Notes: a model not told the origin generated them from the sequence alone. Shown: positions 12,531-24,542, counted from the first letter of the stretch. The stretch is DNA of 64,000 bases from Hyphochytrium catenoides (GCA_900088475.1 FLMG01004535.1:103568-167567), one strand, 5' to 3'. A program made the numbers and translations.

Positions 12531-14783
12531 ATGAAGCTGCTGCTGTTAGCTTTGCTCTACTTAGCGGCAGGGGAACGCTTCAGTCCCATTGCAGCGCAAA
12601 AGAAAGGCAAGGTGACACAGGCGCCCACCACGCAAGTGCCGATCTCCGCTACTAACCCAGAAGGAACCTTTAATGAAGTTCCTAGAGCAGATGCTGGGAA
12701 GGAAGAAGAGCTAGCGAACTCCCCCGTCCAAAACTCAACAATTCTTTGTGAGAAGCTCTCTGCTCCGGGAGTCTTCTCCATCTTCCAACCTAGCTCAGAG
12801 GCTTTCCGATGCCCCGGGCAGCAGGTCATTACACAGATTCAGACTGCTAACTTTGGAGTCAGCAGCTCTCGGTGCAGCGACTCATCGCTGACGTTTGATA
12901 TCCTCTGTGACTCTCCATCCGCACCTTCCATTGTCAGTGAGAAATGCCTCGGCCAGAGTGGCTGCACCCTGACAGCGTCCACCAGCACCTTCGGAGAGCC
13001 ATGCACGCCGAGCTTTGGCAGTTCTCTGTCTCTTCTCGTGCGGATGAAGTGTGACACGCCCAGCAGCTGTGAGACGCCCGTTGCACAGCGCCAGTCTCTG
13101 AGTGTCTCCTGCCCTCCGAGTCATCAAATCAGCAAAATAGCTGCCGCCGTGACTCTTCCTCCCGCACCTTCATCGTGTGCGCCAGATAGCCCAGACTGCA
13201 ACCCCACAGCAGCACTCGCGGCTGCGGAGAGTGAGTGCTTAGGACAGACGACCTGCTCTCTTCCACGATTGTTGTCCATCCCAGCGAAATGTGTTAACAG
13301 CGGTCAGTCAGGACTGGCGGTGCAGGTGACATGCTCCAAGCTGGCAATCAATCAGCTAGTGAAAGAAGGTTCCTCTCTCTCTCTCTCTCGTGATAGCGGG
13401 CAAGTCATTGATAATGTTCTCTTCGCAAGCTATGGCACGCCAGGCTTGACTGACGGGCAGTGGACTCCGGGCCGCTGCAGTCTTCCTACCTCAAAGTCCA
13501 CCATTGAGAGCGCTTGTCGTGGCAAGCAGTCGTGTCAGCTAGAAGTAGGCAATCAGGCGTTCGGGGAGGATCCTTGCAGCGGGTCAAAGAAATCGCTAGG
13601 GCTTCAAGTCAAGTGCAACTCTCCTTATGCTTATTGTATGAGCAAAGTCAAGGGCATCACCAGCCCTGCAGCCAACCAGAAGCTCTGTACCTGTGCCGCC
13701 AAGTCCATGCAGGGTCCACCGTCTTCTAGCCTGGCGACAACCTATACTGCGTGCACCAACGAGGGCTTCCAGCAGGTCTGCAATGAGAACCCGGCAGCGC
13801 AGGGTTACACGCAAGGTTCCAACGTAGGGAACTTTTGCTCTTGTCTAGGGAAGAGAATGTCCGAGTTCACGGCTACTCTGTCGTCCAACAGCACCAGCAC
13901 TCCGAATAGCAGCGCCTGGAAGGCTGATTGCCTTCGTCTGGCTGCGGATGGAGCTAGCAAGAACCAGAACAGTAGCAGTGGCGGAGGAGACAAAGGAGAA
14001 ACGACGCAGAAGGATGCACAGGGCTCTGGCGATTCTGGAGGAGGAGGGATGTCTGGTGTCAGCATCGCTATGATTGTTATCGGTGCCCTGGTGGCTGTTG
14101 GTTTGGTTGCCTTCTTTGTCTTCCGCTTCGTCAGGCGTCGGCAAGAGGATGGAGACGATGACGAAGCTTCAGTGTATGGCGCCAGAGCCTGGGGTGGGCC
14201 CACGACGGTCAAGGAAGACCCACAAGCAGGCTTCACCGTCCAACAGACACCGCCGTCAGGAATCGTACCCCGCTCCGCCTTCCCTGGCACGTCTGTGCCT
14301 GAGAATGAGCCTGTGCTAGGATCCTATGTCCCTCCCATCTCAGTCGATCGCGACACGGATGTACAGGCTGCAGTTGTGGCTGCAGCAGCAGGGGTAACTG
14401 GGACTGCTATCTCCCATAACGCAGCGTCAGCGGGTCCAGCAGGAGCAGCAGCGGGCCCAGGACAGGCTAATGGACCGTCATTGGTGCACCAGAGAGAATC
14501 CGTCGGCGCTGGACAACCTGCATCAGCGTCGAGTCCTGCCGCCTTTGTCGCTCAGCCACCAGTGCCGTACGGCCAGGGGTCCGTCTCCTATGGTCAGTTC
14601 AGTGAGAGCAATGCGTCTGTGGGGCGAGGAAGCGCCAGCTTGACACAGAGTGAAGTTACCTTTGACGGAGATATGTCAACCTTCAGAGGAGATTCCTCGA
14701 CCTTCAGAGGAGATTCGTCAATGTTTAGATCGGAAGGGGTCAGAGAGTCAGGCAGAGACTCCTCCGACTCAATAGAGCTTTAG
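12531..14783 (+). CDS. Type I membrane protein with three SUEL-type (Gal/rhamnose-binding) lectin domains
   Basis: Signal peptide MKLLLLALLYLAAG. SUEL motifs include CPGQQVITQIQTANFG...CLGQSGCTLTASTSTFGEPC and IDNVLFASYGTP...CRGKQSCQLEVGNQAFGEDPCSGSKKSL. TM helix is IAMIVIGALVAVGLVAFFVF followed by RFVRRR, then a long cytoplasmic tail. An alternative in-frame ATG is at 12504. Confidence 0.85.
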   Translation: MKLLLLALLYLAAGERFSPIAAQKKGKVTQAPTTQVPISATNPEGTFNEVPRADAGKEEELANSPVQNSTILCEKLSAPGVFSIFQPSSEAFRCPGQQVITQIQTANFGVSSSRCSDSSLTFDILCDSPSAPSIVSEKCLGQSGCTLTASTSTFGEPCTPSFGSSLSLLVRMKCDTPSSCETPVAQRQSLSVSCPPSHQISKIAAAVTLPPAPSSCAPDSPDCNPTAALAAAESECLGQTTCSLPRLLSIPAKCVNSGQSGLAVQVTCSKLAINQLVKEGSSLSLSRDSGQVIDNVLFASYGTPGLTDGQWTPGRCSLPTSKSTIESACRGKQSCQLEVGNQAFGEDPCSGSKKSLGLQVKCNSPYAYCMSKVKGITSPAANQKLCTCAAKSMQGPPSSSLATTYTACTNEGFQQVCNENPAAQGYTQGSNVGNFCSCLGKRMSEFTATLSSNSTSTPNSSAWKADCLRLAADGASKNQNSSSGGGDKGETTQKDAQGSGDSGGGGMSGVSIAMIVIGALVAVGLVAFFVFRFVRRRQEDGDDDEASVYGARAWGGPTTVKEDPQAGFTVQQTPPSGIVPRSAFPGTSVPENEPVLGSYVPPISVDRDTDVQAAVVAAAAGVTGTAISHNAASAGPAGAAAGPGQANGPSLVHQRESVGAGQPASASSPAAFVAQPPVPYGQGSVSYGQFSESNASVGRGSASLTQSEVTFDGDMSTFRGDSSTFRGDSSMFRSEGVRESGRDSSDSIEL

Positions 14784-15580
14784 CCAGTCTTGCGCTCTCT
14801 CTCTCTCTCTCTCTCTGTCTCTCTTTCTGTCCCTTCTTTCTCTCTCTTTCTGTCCCTTCTTTCTCTGTTTGTCACTCCCATCTCCTCTGCTCTGTCACTG
14901 ACAGGAGGAAAGTCAGTGGGCTGAGGTTCTCTCTCAGCTGCACTATGAGATCTCTCTATCTATGGCTGTGTACATAGTAACAAAGGCTTCAATCAGATGA
15001 CTGTCTATTATTCCTTCTGAAGACAACTCTCTCTCTCTCGCTTCGTCGCCGGACTTTCTCTTTTTGCTTCTCCCTTCTTGCTCCTCTCTCTTGATGCTCT
15101 TCCCTCCTGCTGCGCTCTCTCTCTGTTTCTTCTCCTCAGTGGTTGCTTAGCTTATTTTGTTGCTTATTGGCTCTTCACCACCAGATATTGAGGCTCAAAG
15201 TAAAGGGACAGCATGATGTCGTTCATGGTTCTGGCTCGCTCCCTGCATCTCCTCCTTTCCTTGTTTCTCTCTCTCCCTCTGTCTCTCTCCTCTCTGTCTC
15301 TCTCTCTCCTCTCTGTCTCTCTCTCTTCTCTCTCTCTCTCTGTGTCTGTCTGTCATCTTGCTGTTGGTCTCTTCAGTTTTCTCTCCCTTGTCAGTGCCTT
15401 CGCCCCTTTGAACACTTGGCAAACACCGGTTCGATTGCTCCTAGGAACCTGCTAACGCCTAGTTGCTCAGGTTCTTGAGTCATTGCGTGCAAGTCAACAA
15501 ACTCTTCTCTCTCTTCTCTCTCTCTCTCTCTCTCCCTCTCTCCCTCCTTCTCTTGTCTCTCTCTTTCTCTGTCTCTCTCT

Positions 15581-15615
<35 letters not shown>

Positions 15616-15864
15616 CTCTCTCCTTTCTTACCTTTCATGCGAACTGCTCTCCTTTCTTGCTTGGGTCCTTTGGTAGGCAGCTCTTCTTTCTCTCATGTGC
15701 TCTCTCCCCTTTATCTGCACCGCACGGTGAAGGAAAAAGGAGAGAGACATCCGAGAAATCCCCATAGATTGGTGATGGAGAAATACAGAGAGAGAGAGAG
15801 AGAGAGAAGAGGCGAAGAAAGACGCTAAGAGAAACTGGCTAAGGACGGGCGCGGGAGAGAGACC

Positions 15865-16072
15865 ATGAGGCCGCAGGGTCTGAATACCACGGGCACGAGA
15901 CTCTTTCTCCAGAGCATCTTCCGACAGCCACGCCTCCTACTGCCGCACCTGGAGGTGAGAGGTGAGAGATATCCGAGAGAGAGGGAGGAGAAGAGAGAGA
16001 AGAGAGAAAAGGGAGAGAGAGAGAGGGAAAAAAGAGAGGAAAGAGAGAGAGAGAGAGAGNNNNNNNNNNNNN

Positions 16073-16103
<31 letters not shown>

Positions 16104-16535
16104 CAAGACGTTGAGGCAATGGACCGGAGGAAGAGAGTCCGCGAGAAGTTGAGAGACATGTGTAGCTGTATAGGAGAGGGAGAGAGATTGAATAGGTGAG
16201 AAAGAGAGAAGAAGAAAAACACACATATATATAGAGAGAGAGAGAGAAAGAAAAAGAGAATGGAGGGAAGGACGGAAGAGCCATCTCGAAGTTAGAGAGA
16301 GAGAGAGAGAGAGACGGAGAGACAAGTGGAAGGCGAAGAGGAGTAGGAGAGAGAGAGAGAGAGAATATCTTTCCTCTCCTGACCTTCCCCCGCCGCCTCC
16401 TCCCTGTGCCCTTCAGACATTAGGGAGATCGACTTCCAGGCGCTGCGGGCCCGAGGATTCCTTGGCTGTGTCTTTGACAAGGACAACACCATCGCCGCGC
16501 CACATGGACATAACATATGGCCAGGATTGCAGGTC

Positions 16536-16573
<38 letters not shown>

Positions 16574-17136
16574 TTTTCTCTCTCTCTCTTCTCTCTCTCT
16601 TTTTATCTTTCTTTCTTTCTTTCTTCTAGTTGTTATTCATTCTTCGGCTTGGGGCCTCTCTATTCTTCCTTCTGCGACCTCCATCCCTCTGTTCCCCTTT
16701 CACAACGCAAGGTCATTCTCTCTCTCTTTCTCTCTCTCCTTTCTCTCTCTGCGTCTCTCTCTCTTTTCTTGGCTTTCTTTCCTTCATTTGTTCCTTGCCA
16801 AGGCTCACATGGCGATCTGCCTGTCTTGCGTTCAGTCGTCTTTGGAAGAATGTATTCGGATCTTTGGGAAGCAGCAGACGCTTATCTTCTCCAATACCGC
16901 GGGTACAAACTACGCTTTCCCCTTCCTTCTTTTACTTTTCTCTGTCGTCTCTCTCTCTCTCTCTCTTGCTTTCCTTTTGCCTCTCGCCCTTCGCTTTCAA
17001 TCTCCTCTACTTTTCCTTGCCTTTCTCTGTACAAAGGGCTGCCCACTTTCTCCTTTTTTTTGCATTTCTCTGTTTCTGACTTCTTACCATCTGACCTTCC
17101 ACATTCTTCTTGATAAATACGCCACTCGAAGTTTGG

Positions 17137-17198
<62 letters not shown>

Positions 17199-18290
17199 AA
17201 TCTCTCTCTCCCTCTGATTCTCTGATCTTTCTATAGGGTCGGACGATGATCCTGACTACAAGCAAGCGGCGCAGATTGAAGAGAACTTCGGGCTCCCGGT
17301 CCTGCGGCATAAGGAGAAGGTAAGTTGGCCACTAAAAAAGAGGAAAAAGAGGGCCCGGAAGAGGAGAGAAGAAGATGAGAAACAGACAGAGTAGAGAGAG
17401 AGAGAGAAGAGGAAGAAAGGGAGAAAAGTAAACGAGAGAGAGAGAAGAGAGAAAGAGGATTAGCGCCGTCTTATCCTCCTGTCCAGTTGCTGTCTTCCCC
17501 TATTCTCCCGTTTTCGAGACGCTAATTCATTGCCTACCGCTGCCGTTCTCTCTCTCTCTCTCTCTCCTTCTTTCTCTCTCGTTCCCTTCCCCATTTGTCT
17601 TTTTCCTCCTCTCTCTCTCGTGGCTCACAGAAACCCGGTGGCAGAGATGATCTGGCTTTGTGGTTTAAGGGACAGGAGCTGGAGCGCTTTATTATGGTGG
17701 GAGACAGATTAGCGACTGATGTTCTCTTTGGCAATATCTGCGGTAAGCTCTCTCTCTCCCCATCCAGCCAAAAGACGAAGACCAAAATAGCTAGAAAGAG
17801 ACAGGAAAGAGAGCAAGAGAGAGTGGGAGAGTAGATAGAAGAGAGAGAGAGAGGTATAGTTAAAGCAGCAGGAGAGAGAGAGAGAGAAAGAAGCTGATGG
17901 GTCCAGATGGATAAGCATTCGAAAGAGAGTGGCAGCGCTAACGCTCCTTCTGGGTCTGGCCGGGTGCCGCGCGCAGGTATGCTGACAATCAAGACTCAAC
18001 CGTTGACGCCAAACGAGGGAGTTCTCATACGAAGCGTAAGGATGTTGCCTCTTTCTTTCTCTCTCTCTCTCTCCTCTCGGCACGGCTCTCTCTTTGTGCT
18101 AGGTAATGGAGCCAGCCAGCTGCTAATCAACTTGTTCTCTCTTTATTATTGCTATGGCATTGCAAAACCTGTGCAGGTGAGGCGAATAGAGGAAGCCGGA
18201 GTGGCAGCTGTGAGAGCAATGGGAGAGAAAGCTCCAGTGCACCGCCTCCTGGACCCGGCGCAGGCTCTAGAGGAGAAGAAGGGAGGCTAA
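15865..18290 (+). CDS. GEP4: Phosphatidylglycerophosphate phosphatase, HAD-IIIA (GEP4/PGPP1/YqeG family), 7 exons
   Basis: Phase-consistent exons give PRLLLPHLEVR|DIREIDFQALRARGFLGCVFDKDNTI (HAD motif I), IFSNTAG|SDDDPD, PVLRHKEK|KPGG, MVGDRLATDVLFGN and MLTIKTQPL. Confidence 0.9.
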
Positions 18291-19135
18291 CATGCCCAAC
18301 GGACGAGTTTGAAGAGACCTTTCTCTCTGCATGGCAGGAGAGGAAACGGCGGGCGCTCCATCCTGAGAGAGCCGTGCCCCAGTCTGGCCTTCAAGGGCCC
18401 GTGAGCTCTGGACAGCAAGGCTCAAGAATTTTCCTTGATCTATTTATCTTGGGCAGCGCCGGGGCTACTGGCGGTACGAACTTAGACATCTCCCGTCTCT
18501 AGCTATGGGAAGAAGGAGTTGACCCTTCGCCGCGGACGCCTGCTTGGGTCTCTCTCTCCAGGAAGTACTGACTCTCAAATGCTGGCCAAACAGTGCTCTA
18601 GCGCCGCAAAGGACTATGACAATATTTATCCCTGAATGACAGATGGACGTTTATAGCCTGGCTTGCTTCTCCTCTCTCCTCTCGTTTACCATCTCCACAC
18701 TTTCAATGTCTCAGATGGAAAGCGTCTCTTCTCAGCTCAGGCTCACTCTGATCTGTGAGAGCTGAAAGGGAGGATCTGCGACGATTATTTAAGGCTCCAG
18801 CCGTCCTTAACCGCCTTAGGGAGACGCTCTTCGGGCTTCAGACACTCAGAGTCAGTCAGCGATAATAAGATCTTAGCTTGCCAGTGAAGGAACTGCCTAG
18901 GTCTGGCCCCGGTCTCTGGCGAGTGTGCTGCGCGCCTGCTGATGAGTAGTGGGGCGGGGACGTTGGCGTTGCTCCCTCCTCGTCTCTCCTTACGATCAGG
19001 TCATCGTTGAATGCTTCCTGGAAGCGCCTTCTAGGGCCCTCTCTTTCTCTCGTTCCCTCCCCTGCCCTCGTCTCTTTCTCCCTCTCCGTTTGTCTCTCTC
19101 TCTCTCTCTCTCTCTCTCNNNNNNNNNNNNNNNNN

Positions 19136-19170
<35 letters not shown>

Positions 19171-19365
19171 TGCTGATGTCCCTTCCTCTAGAATCCGATG
19201 ATCCTCTTCTGTCCTAGTGGCCATAGTAGTATGAATGGCCCATATAGCAGAAACCGATAAGGTAAGGTCAGTAGTAATACATAAATCTCCAAGTAATAAG
19301 GCCGTTAGCAGCTCAAGATTGGCGTTTTTCCATCTTTCTTCTGTCGCTTCGCGCGGAGGGCAACA

Positions 19366-19426
<61 letters not shown>

Positions 19427-19767
19427 ACACACATAGAGAGGGAGAGAGTAAGAGAGAGAGAGAGAGAGAGCAAGAGAGCAGGAGGAGGGCAGGATAGAGA
19501 TAGACTGAGAGCCTAAGAGTGAGCCTCAGCGCTTCTTCTCTCCTCTTTCCCCCGCCGCTCGGGTTCCCTGTCGATCAGAAGCTGTTATCCCTCCGACCTC
19601 ACTCTCCAGTCCAGCGATACCACCTCGCTGTCCCTCTCTCCTCTCTCCCTACCTCAGCACTCTGAGATCTCTCTCTCTCTCTCTCTCCATCGTCCCACGC
19701 CTCTCTCTTCTCCTGTCAGCTCGTCCTGCTCTCTCCCCTTTAGACTCCTCGCTCTTCACGCTGCAAG

Positions 19768-20160
19768 ATGATTAACGCGACCACTGCGGCCGCGCAGCCC
19801 GCGGTGGCTGTAGGTCCCTCTCCCTCTCCTGCTCCTCCCACGCGGAAGGTGATCTTCATTGCTGATGACGATTATTATTCTTGGAAGCGGGAGGACAGCC
19901 GACTGAACGGGAACATCTGCTGCTTTATGGCTCTGACGCTCACCTGCATCGTCCTGGGCTTCTCCCAGCTTTACTCGCCTAGAATCTGCTTTGGGTAAGA
20001 AAGAGAGAGAGGAAGAAAACGAGAAAGAAGAAAGAGAGACAGTGAGAGAGAGAGAGAGAGACAGAGAGAGAGAGAAAAGGGAAGAGCAGCTAGCGCGTCA
20101 TGGGTCATGTATGGGTTATGAAAGGAAGGAGCAAGTGAGAACTCGTGAAAACGAGAGCAA

Positions 20161-20192
<32 letters not shown>

Positions 20193-20730
20193 GTGTCCAA
20201 TCTCTGGGCTTTGACTCCATCTTTCTTCCACGGGTCTCTCGCCTTGGTCATCCATCTGCTAGCTTTCTCTGGTCTCCATTCTGTCTCTTTCCCAATCCAG
20301 CAGCGCTAGATCTTAACCTCGGCCTCCTTTTCCGTGCCACTCTCTGCTTGTCTCTCTTCTCTCTTCTCTCACACACACATCATTGTCTCTCTTTCTCTGT
20401 CTCCGTGCATCGACTCTGCGTCCCTTTGATAAAACGCTCAACTGGGTCTTTCTCTCTTTGTGCCGGCAGCGTGTACAAGAGGTAAGGACATCCCCTCTGC
20501 TTGATTAGGAATTTCTCTTCACTCATTCTTTTTCGCTGACCCCTCCGCTTTTGATTGTGTCTGTTTCTCTCTCTCTCTCTTTTGTTCTCTCTCTTTCTCT
20601 CTCTCCTTCCTGTGCGTCTCTCTCTATATTACATCAGACTTCTCTCTATCCCTTTTCTCTCTAAAAGATCTAACTCTTTCTCTCTCTCTCTTTGGCTAAA
20701 AACATCTCAAAGTAGCTAATCTCTCTCTCT

Positions 20731-20777
<47 letters not shown>

Positions 20778-21642
20778 GCCCTGCGGACTGATCCTACAGT
20801 GTCCATGTGAACCAGACGGTAGCCTTGAACGGCTACTCTACGCAGCAAGCCTGCATCTCTGACACCTACGCGGACTCGGGCTCTGGCCGTCCTTCCATCG
20901 GCATCTGGGCCGAGGCGTCCTCTCTCACCTCCCCAGCCTCCAACCTCACAGTCAGCACTGATCTCTCCGCTGTCATCCCTGGTGAGTCTATCTTCCTCTT
21001 CTATCCTGTCATATTCTTTCTCTCTCTCTCTCTCCCCCCTTACCTCTCTCTCTCTCCCTTCCTCTCTCTCTCTCTCTGTCTCTCTCTTCTTCCTTTCTTT
21101 TTCTTTCCTTTCTCTCTCACTTTGCACATGAGATTTATCGCTTTCACTCTCCCTCCTTGCCATTTCTTAGTGTCACTTGAATGGCCTTCTGGATCTGGTG
21201 CCGCGCCTTCCCTCCCTCCCTCAGCTGGTCTTCTCTCTCTCTCTCTCTCTCTCTCGCTCTCTTTCTCTCTCTCTGTCTCTTTCTCTCTCGATCTCGCCCC
21301 GATTTCTCTCCCTTTCTCTCTCACTCTCTCTTCAACCCTCTTTTTATGGTAACTGGGTCCTGACACTCCTACCTTCTAAGGCGGCTGGCCACTCGCCAAC
21401 AGCGTGTTCCACTTGACGGCCGTCATCCTTGGCTTCTTGGCCTCCTGCGCGCTGCTGACCGTCAACCCGAAGGTTGGCTGTTTCTCTTGGGGAGCCCTTG
21501 CTCTGCTGTTCGCAGTCGTCTTCATCTGGGGTGAGAACCAGGGCTGATGCTTTACTGCGGCTCTCTTCCTTCTACCTTTCTCCTTTCCTCTACCTTTCTC
21601 TCTGTCTGTCTGTCTGTCACTCTCTCTCTCTCTCTCTCTCTC

Positions 21643-21679
<37 letters not shown>

Positions 21680-22124
21680 GTCTCTGCGCCTCTTATTCTC
21701 TCACCCTCTCTCTCTTCTTCATACCTTGCTCGAAGCAACGGAGTGCTCAGCTTTCTCTCCTCTCTCTGGCTTATCTGTCTTCCGCTGCCTGTGAATATCT
21801 CACCACCTTTGCTCGAGGGCAGATTCCGTCACCATCTCCCGCTGGAACTCGGAGTGCCCGGACCTAAAGCAGAAATATCAGGAGATGGCTGTTGACGCGA
21901 TCTTCCCTGCCTTACAAGCTGGACAGCTGCAGAGCCTCTTGAGCGCTGTGAACGTGGTTTGTTACTTTGACTGGTTCATCACTGATGTCGTCTTCGAGGC
22001 TCTCGCCTTCCTGGCGGCCGCCATTGGCTGTACGATTGACTACTATGCCTGGAAGACCGAGGCCAGCGGAGAAGGAGAGGATGGCATGCAGCCATTGCTC
22101 TATGGAGAGCAATACTATGAATAG
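19768..22124 (+). CDS. Uncharacterised four-transmembrane protein, 5 exons including a 12-nt microexon
   Basis: Exons 19768-19994, 20470-20481, 20800-20981, 21381-21530 and 21823-22124 join in frame. Four hydrophobic segments are present: ICCFMALTLTCIVLGF, VFHLTAVILGFLASCALL, FSWGALALLFAVVFIW and FITDVVFEALAFLAAAIGC. I do not recognise the family. Confidence 0.7.
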
Positions 22125-22332
22125 TTTACGAGGTATAGGGGAAGAAGAGAGAGAAGAGAGGGAAAGAGAGAAGAGAGAGGCAGAGAGAGAGAACTGAAGG
22201 GGTCATAACATGTATGTGGGGGCCAAGGAGGTAGTTGCCCTAGTGACTATAACAGTAAGTGTTTAATTGCGTCCAGAAAGCCAACTTCAGTGTGCAGCCC
22301 AGGAATGGCGATAATCCTCCGTGGGCGTCGGT

Positions 22333-22363
<31 letters not shown>

Positions 22364-22657
22364 TTCTCTCTCTCTCTCTCTCTCACCTGTCCTTCTCTCT
22401 ATACTTATTAGAGTGTCAGCTATTTGTGATGGCTCTGCATGAACTAGAGAGCGCGATGGACGAGACGACGAAGTAACAGGCTCCTGGGCCGACACCATAG
22501 TTAAGACTAAATCGTAGTGCTAGCCATTGTAAGAAGAATAGAGAGGACACAGAACACTGTGAACCCTAGGACCACAGGGGCCCTGCACAGAGAGAGAATA
22601 GCAGATAATAAATAGTAGATCGACACACAGAGATACTGGTCCTTCGCGTGAGACTCT

Positions 22658-24388
22658 TCACACCATCTCCTCACTCTCAGGCTCTCTCTCATCCTCAGAA
22701 CTCTCCTCGCCTTCCGCCATCTCCGTCACCACCTTTACGTCCATCGCCACGTCCATGGGAAGAAGACACAGCTCCTCTTTGAGAGCAGCAGCAGGAGAAG
22801 GCCTAAGCTTTTCCTCTTCTACATGTGGCTCGGGAGAGATGAGCCTCTTCGCGCTCTGCACCTCTTTCTCATACCTCCAAACTACCAGCGCAGAGACGGT
22901 GCATAGAAATGCATTCATTCCAAAGGTGACGGAGTCAACGGGAACATACGCGACCGAGATTGGCAGAATGATCCGTGCCAGAGAGCCCACAGAGCCGATA
23001 AGGCCCATATATGTGCCCTGCGGTCTCCTTCCTAGGAGCTTGGAGAAGGTGACAATGGTGACTGTGGAGACAATGGGAGAGCCCACGCTCCAGACAAGGC
23101 TTTCTCCTGCTATTAGCTGCGCCAGAAGCTTCTTTCCGGGAAGAGGAACGAGGACACAGTTGCCAACGACCATCACTACGAAGCCAAAGATAAGAAGGTT
23201 TATCTCTGAGATCCGGTGCTGAGTGCGGTCGATGGCGAGGTAAGTGAGCAGTCCAGCCAGGCCCAGATAGAGATGAAATGTAGAAGATTCAAAGATGGCG
23301 TGAGAAGGGTCGGCCTCTCTCTCTTCCTCAGAGTGAACAGCGATATGCCGCGTCTGCAGGAATATGAAGGTGGTTAGAGTCTCGAAGACAGAGAGAATGC
23401 CTCGTCCTACAAAGTTCAGGAACATAAACACAAAGACTCCGACCCGGATGAGCCTCTCGGGCAAAGCTTCCAGAGACGCAGGACTTCTCTCCCTCTCGCG
23501 TCGCAAGGGAGAACTAGAGTTTGAGTGAGATGGCGTAGAAGCAGTAGACACAGAAGGAATGGACCGTGTGAGTCTCTCTCTTTCTTCACACTTCTCTTCC
23601 TTAGCAGAGAGAGGAGGACTGGTCGCTGCGTCAAGCGGGTGCGCTAAGGAGTCGTCATACACAGCAAGGAGAAGGACCAGGACTAGCGCACTCAGCACAC
23701 CGAGAGCCACTCCCGGCGCTGTGTAGGCGTTAATATGCATATGGCCGACTCGCATGTCAAAGCCCTGCAAAAAAGCCCCAAAACCTGGCGTCACAGCAAA
23801 GCCAAGGAAGACAGAGAGAGAGAGGAGACTCATGAAGCGCAGGCGCTGCTGTGGGGTGGTAAGCGCGCTAATGTTCGCGCGGCAGACGCTGCGACATCCT
23901 GTGCCAAAGCCAGAGACAAGCCTGCTCATCGCCAACATTGTCAAGCTGTGATGCTGCTGTGCTAGGACATACAGAGCACTGGCCAGCATGCAGACAAGGG
24001 CTGAGAGAATGTAAGCAGAGCGGAAGGACCAACGGTCAGAGGTCCAGCCCAGGAAAGTGGAGGAGATAAGGCGCCCCACGCTGAAGAGAGCAGCCAGGAT
24101 CCCATAGTCCGAGAGGTTCCCTCCCAACGATTGCACATAGAGTAGAAGAGAGGGAAGCGTGATGCCGCGGGATGTTTCAGAGGAGAACTCTATGAGGTTG
24201 ATCATAAGGACATTCAGGTACCACTGCACGCGTTTTCCCAGCCCGCAGGGAAGAGAAAGGGAAGTATGAGGCTTATCATGGCTCTCTCTCCCTTCACTTG
24301 CTTTCTTTGCAGCCTTTTGGGACTGCGGCGTCTCGTCTGACGCAATCATGTCCTTGATATGCGCTGTCAGCCCAGCCTGGTCGCGCAT
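22658..24388 (-). CDS. Major facilitator superfamily transporter, MFSD8/CLN7-like
   Basis: Intronless 576-aa ORF with about 12 hydrophobic helices, MFS motif A (GWTSDRWS), SRLVSGFGTG, INAYTAPG and FSKLLGRRPQGTYMGLIGSVGSLARII. Confidence 0.9.
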   Translation of the reverse strand: MRDQAGLTAHIKDMIASDETPQSQKAAKKASEGRESHDKPHTSLSLPCGLGKRVQWYLNVLMINLIEFSSETSRGITLPSLLLYVQSLGGNLSDYGILAALFSVGRLISSTFLGWTSDRWSFRSAYILSALVCMLASALYVLAQQHHSLTMLAMSRLVSGFGTGCRSVCRANISALTTPQQRLRFMSLLSLSVFLGFAVTPGFGAFLQGFDMRVGHMHINAYTAPGVALGVLSALVLVLLLAVYDDSLAHPLDAATSPPLSAKEEKCEERERLTRSIPSVSTASTPSHSNSSSPLRRERERSPASLEALPERLIRVGVFVFMFLNFVGRGILSVFETLTTFIFLQTRHIAVHSEEEREADPSHAIFESSTFHLYLGLAGLLTYLAIDRTQHRISEINLLIFGFVVMVVGNCVLVPLPGKKLLAQLIAGESLVWSVGSPIVSTVTIVTFSKLLGRRPQGTYMGLIGSVGSLARIILPISVAYVPVDSVTFGMNAFLCTVSALVVWRYEKEVQSAKRLISPEPHVEEEKLRPSPAAALKEELCLLPMDVAMDVKVVTEMAEGEESSEDEREPESEEMV

Positions 24389-24494
24389 TCAGTAAGCCTC
24401 AGAAGAGCTGCTGGAGTGAACTGCCGAGCGCCCGTTGCGTTCATTCCTTGGGTTTGGCTCTTCATAACCGGTGACCCCGAGAAAGACAGGAGCA

Positions 24495-24542
<48 letters not shown>

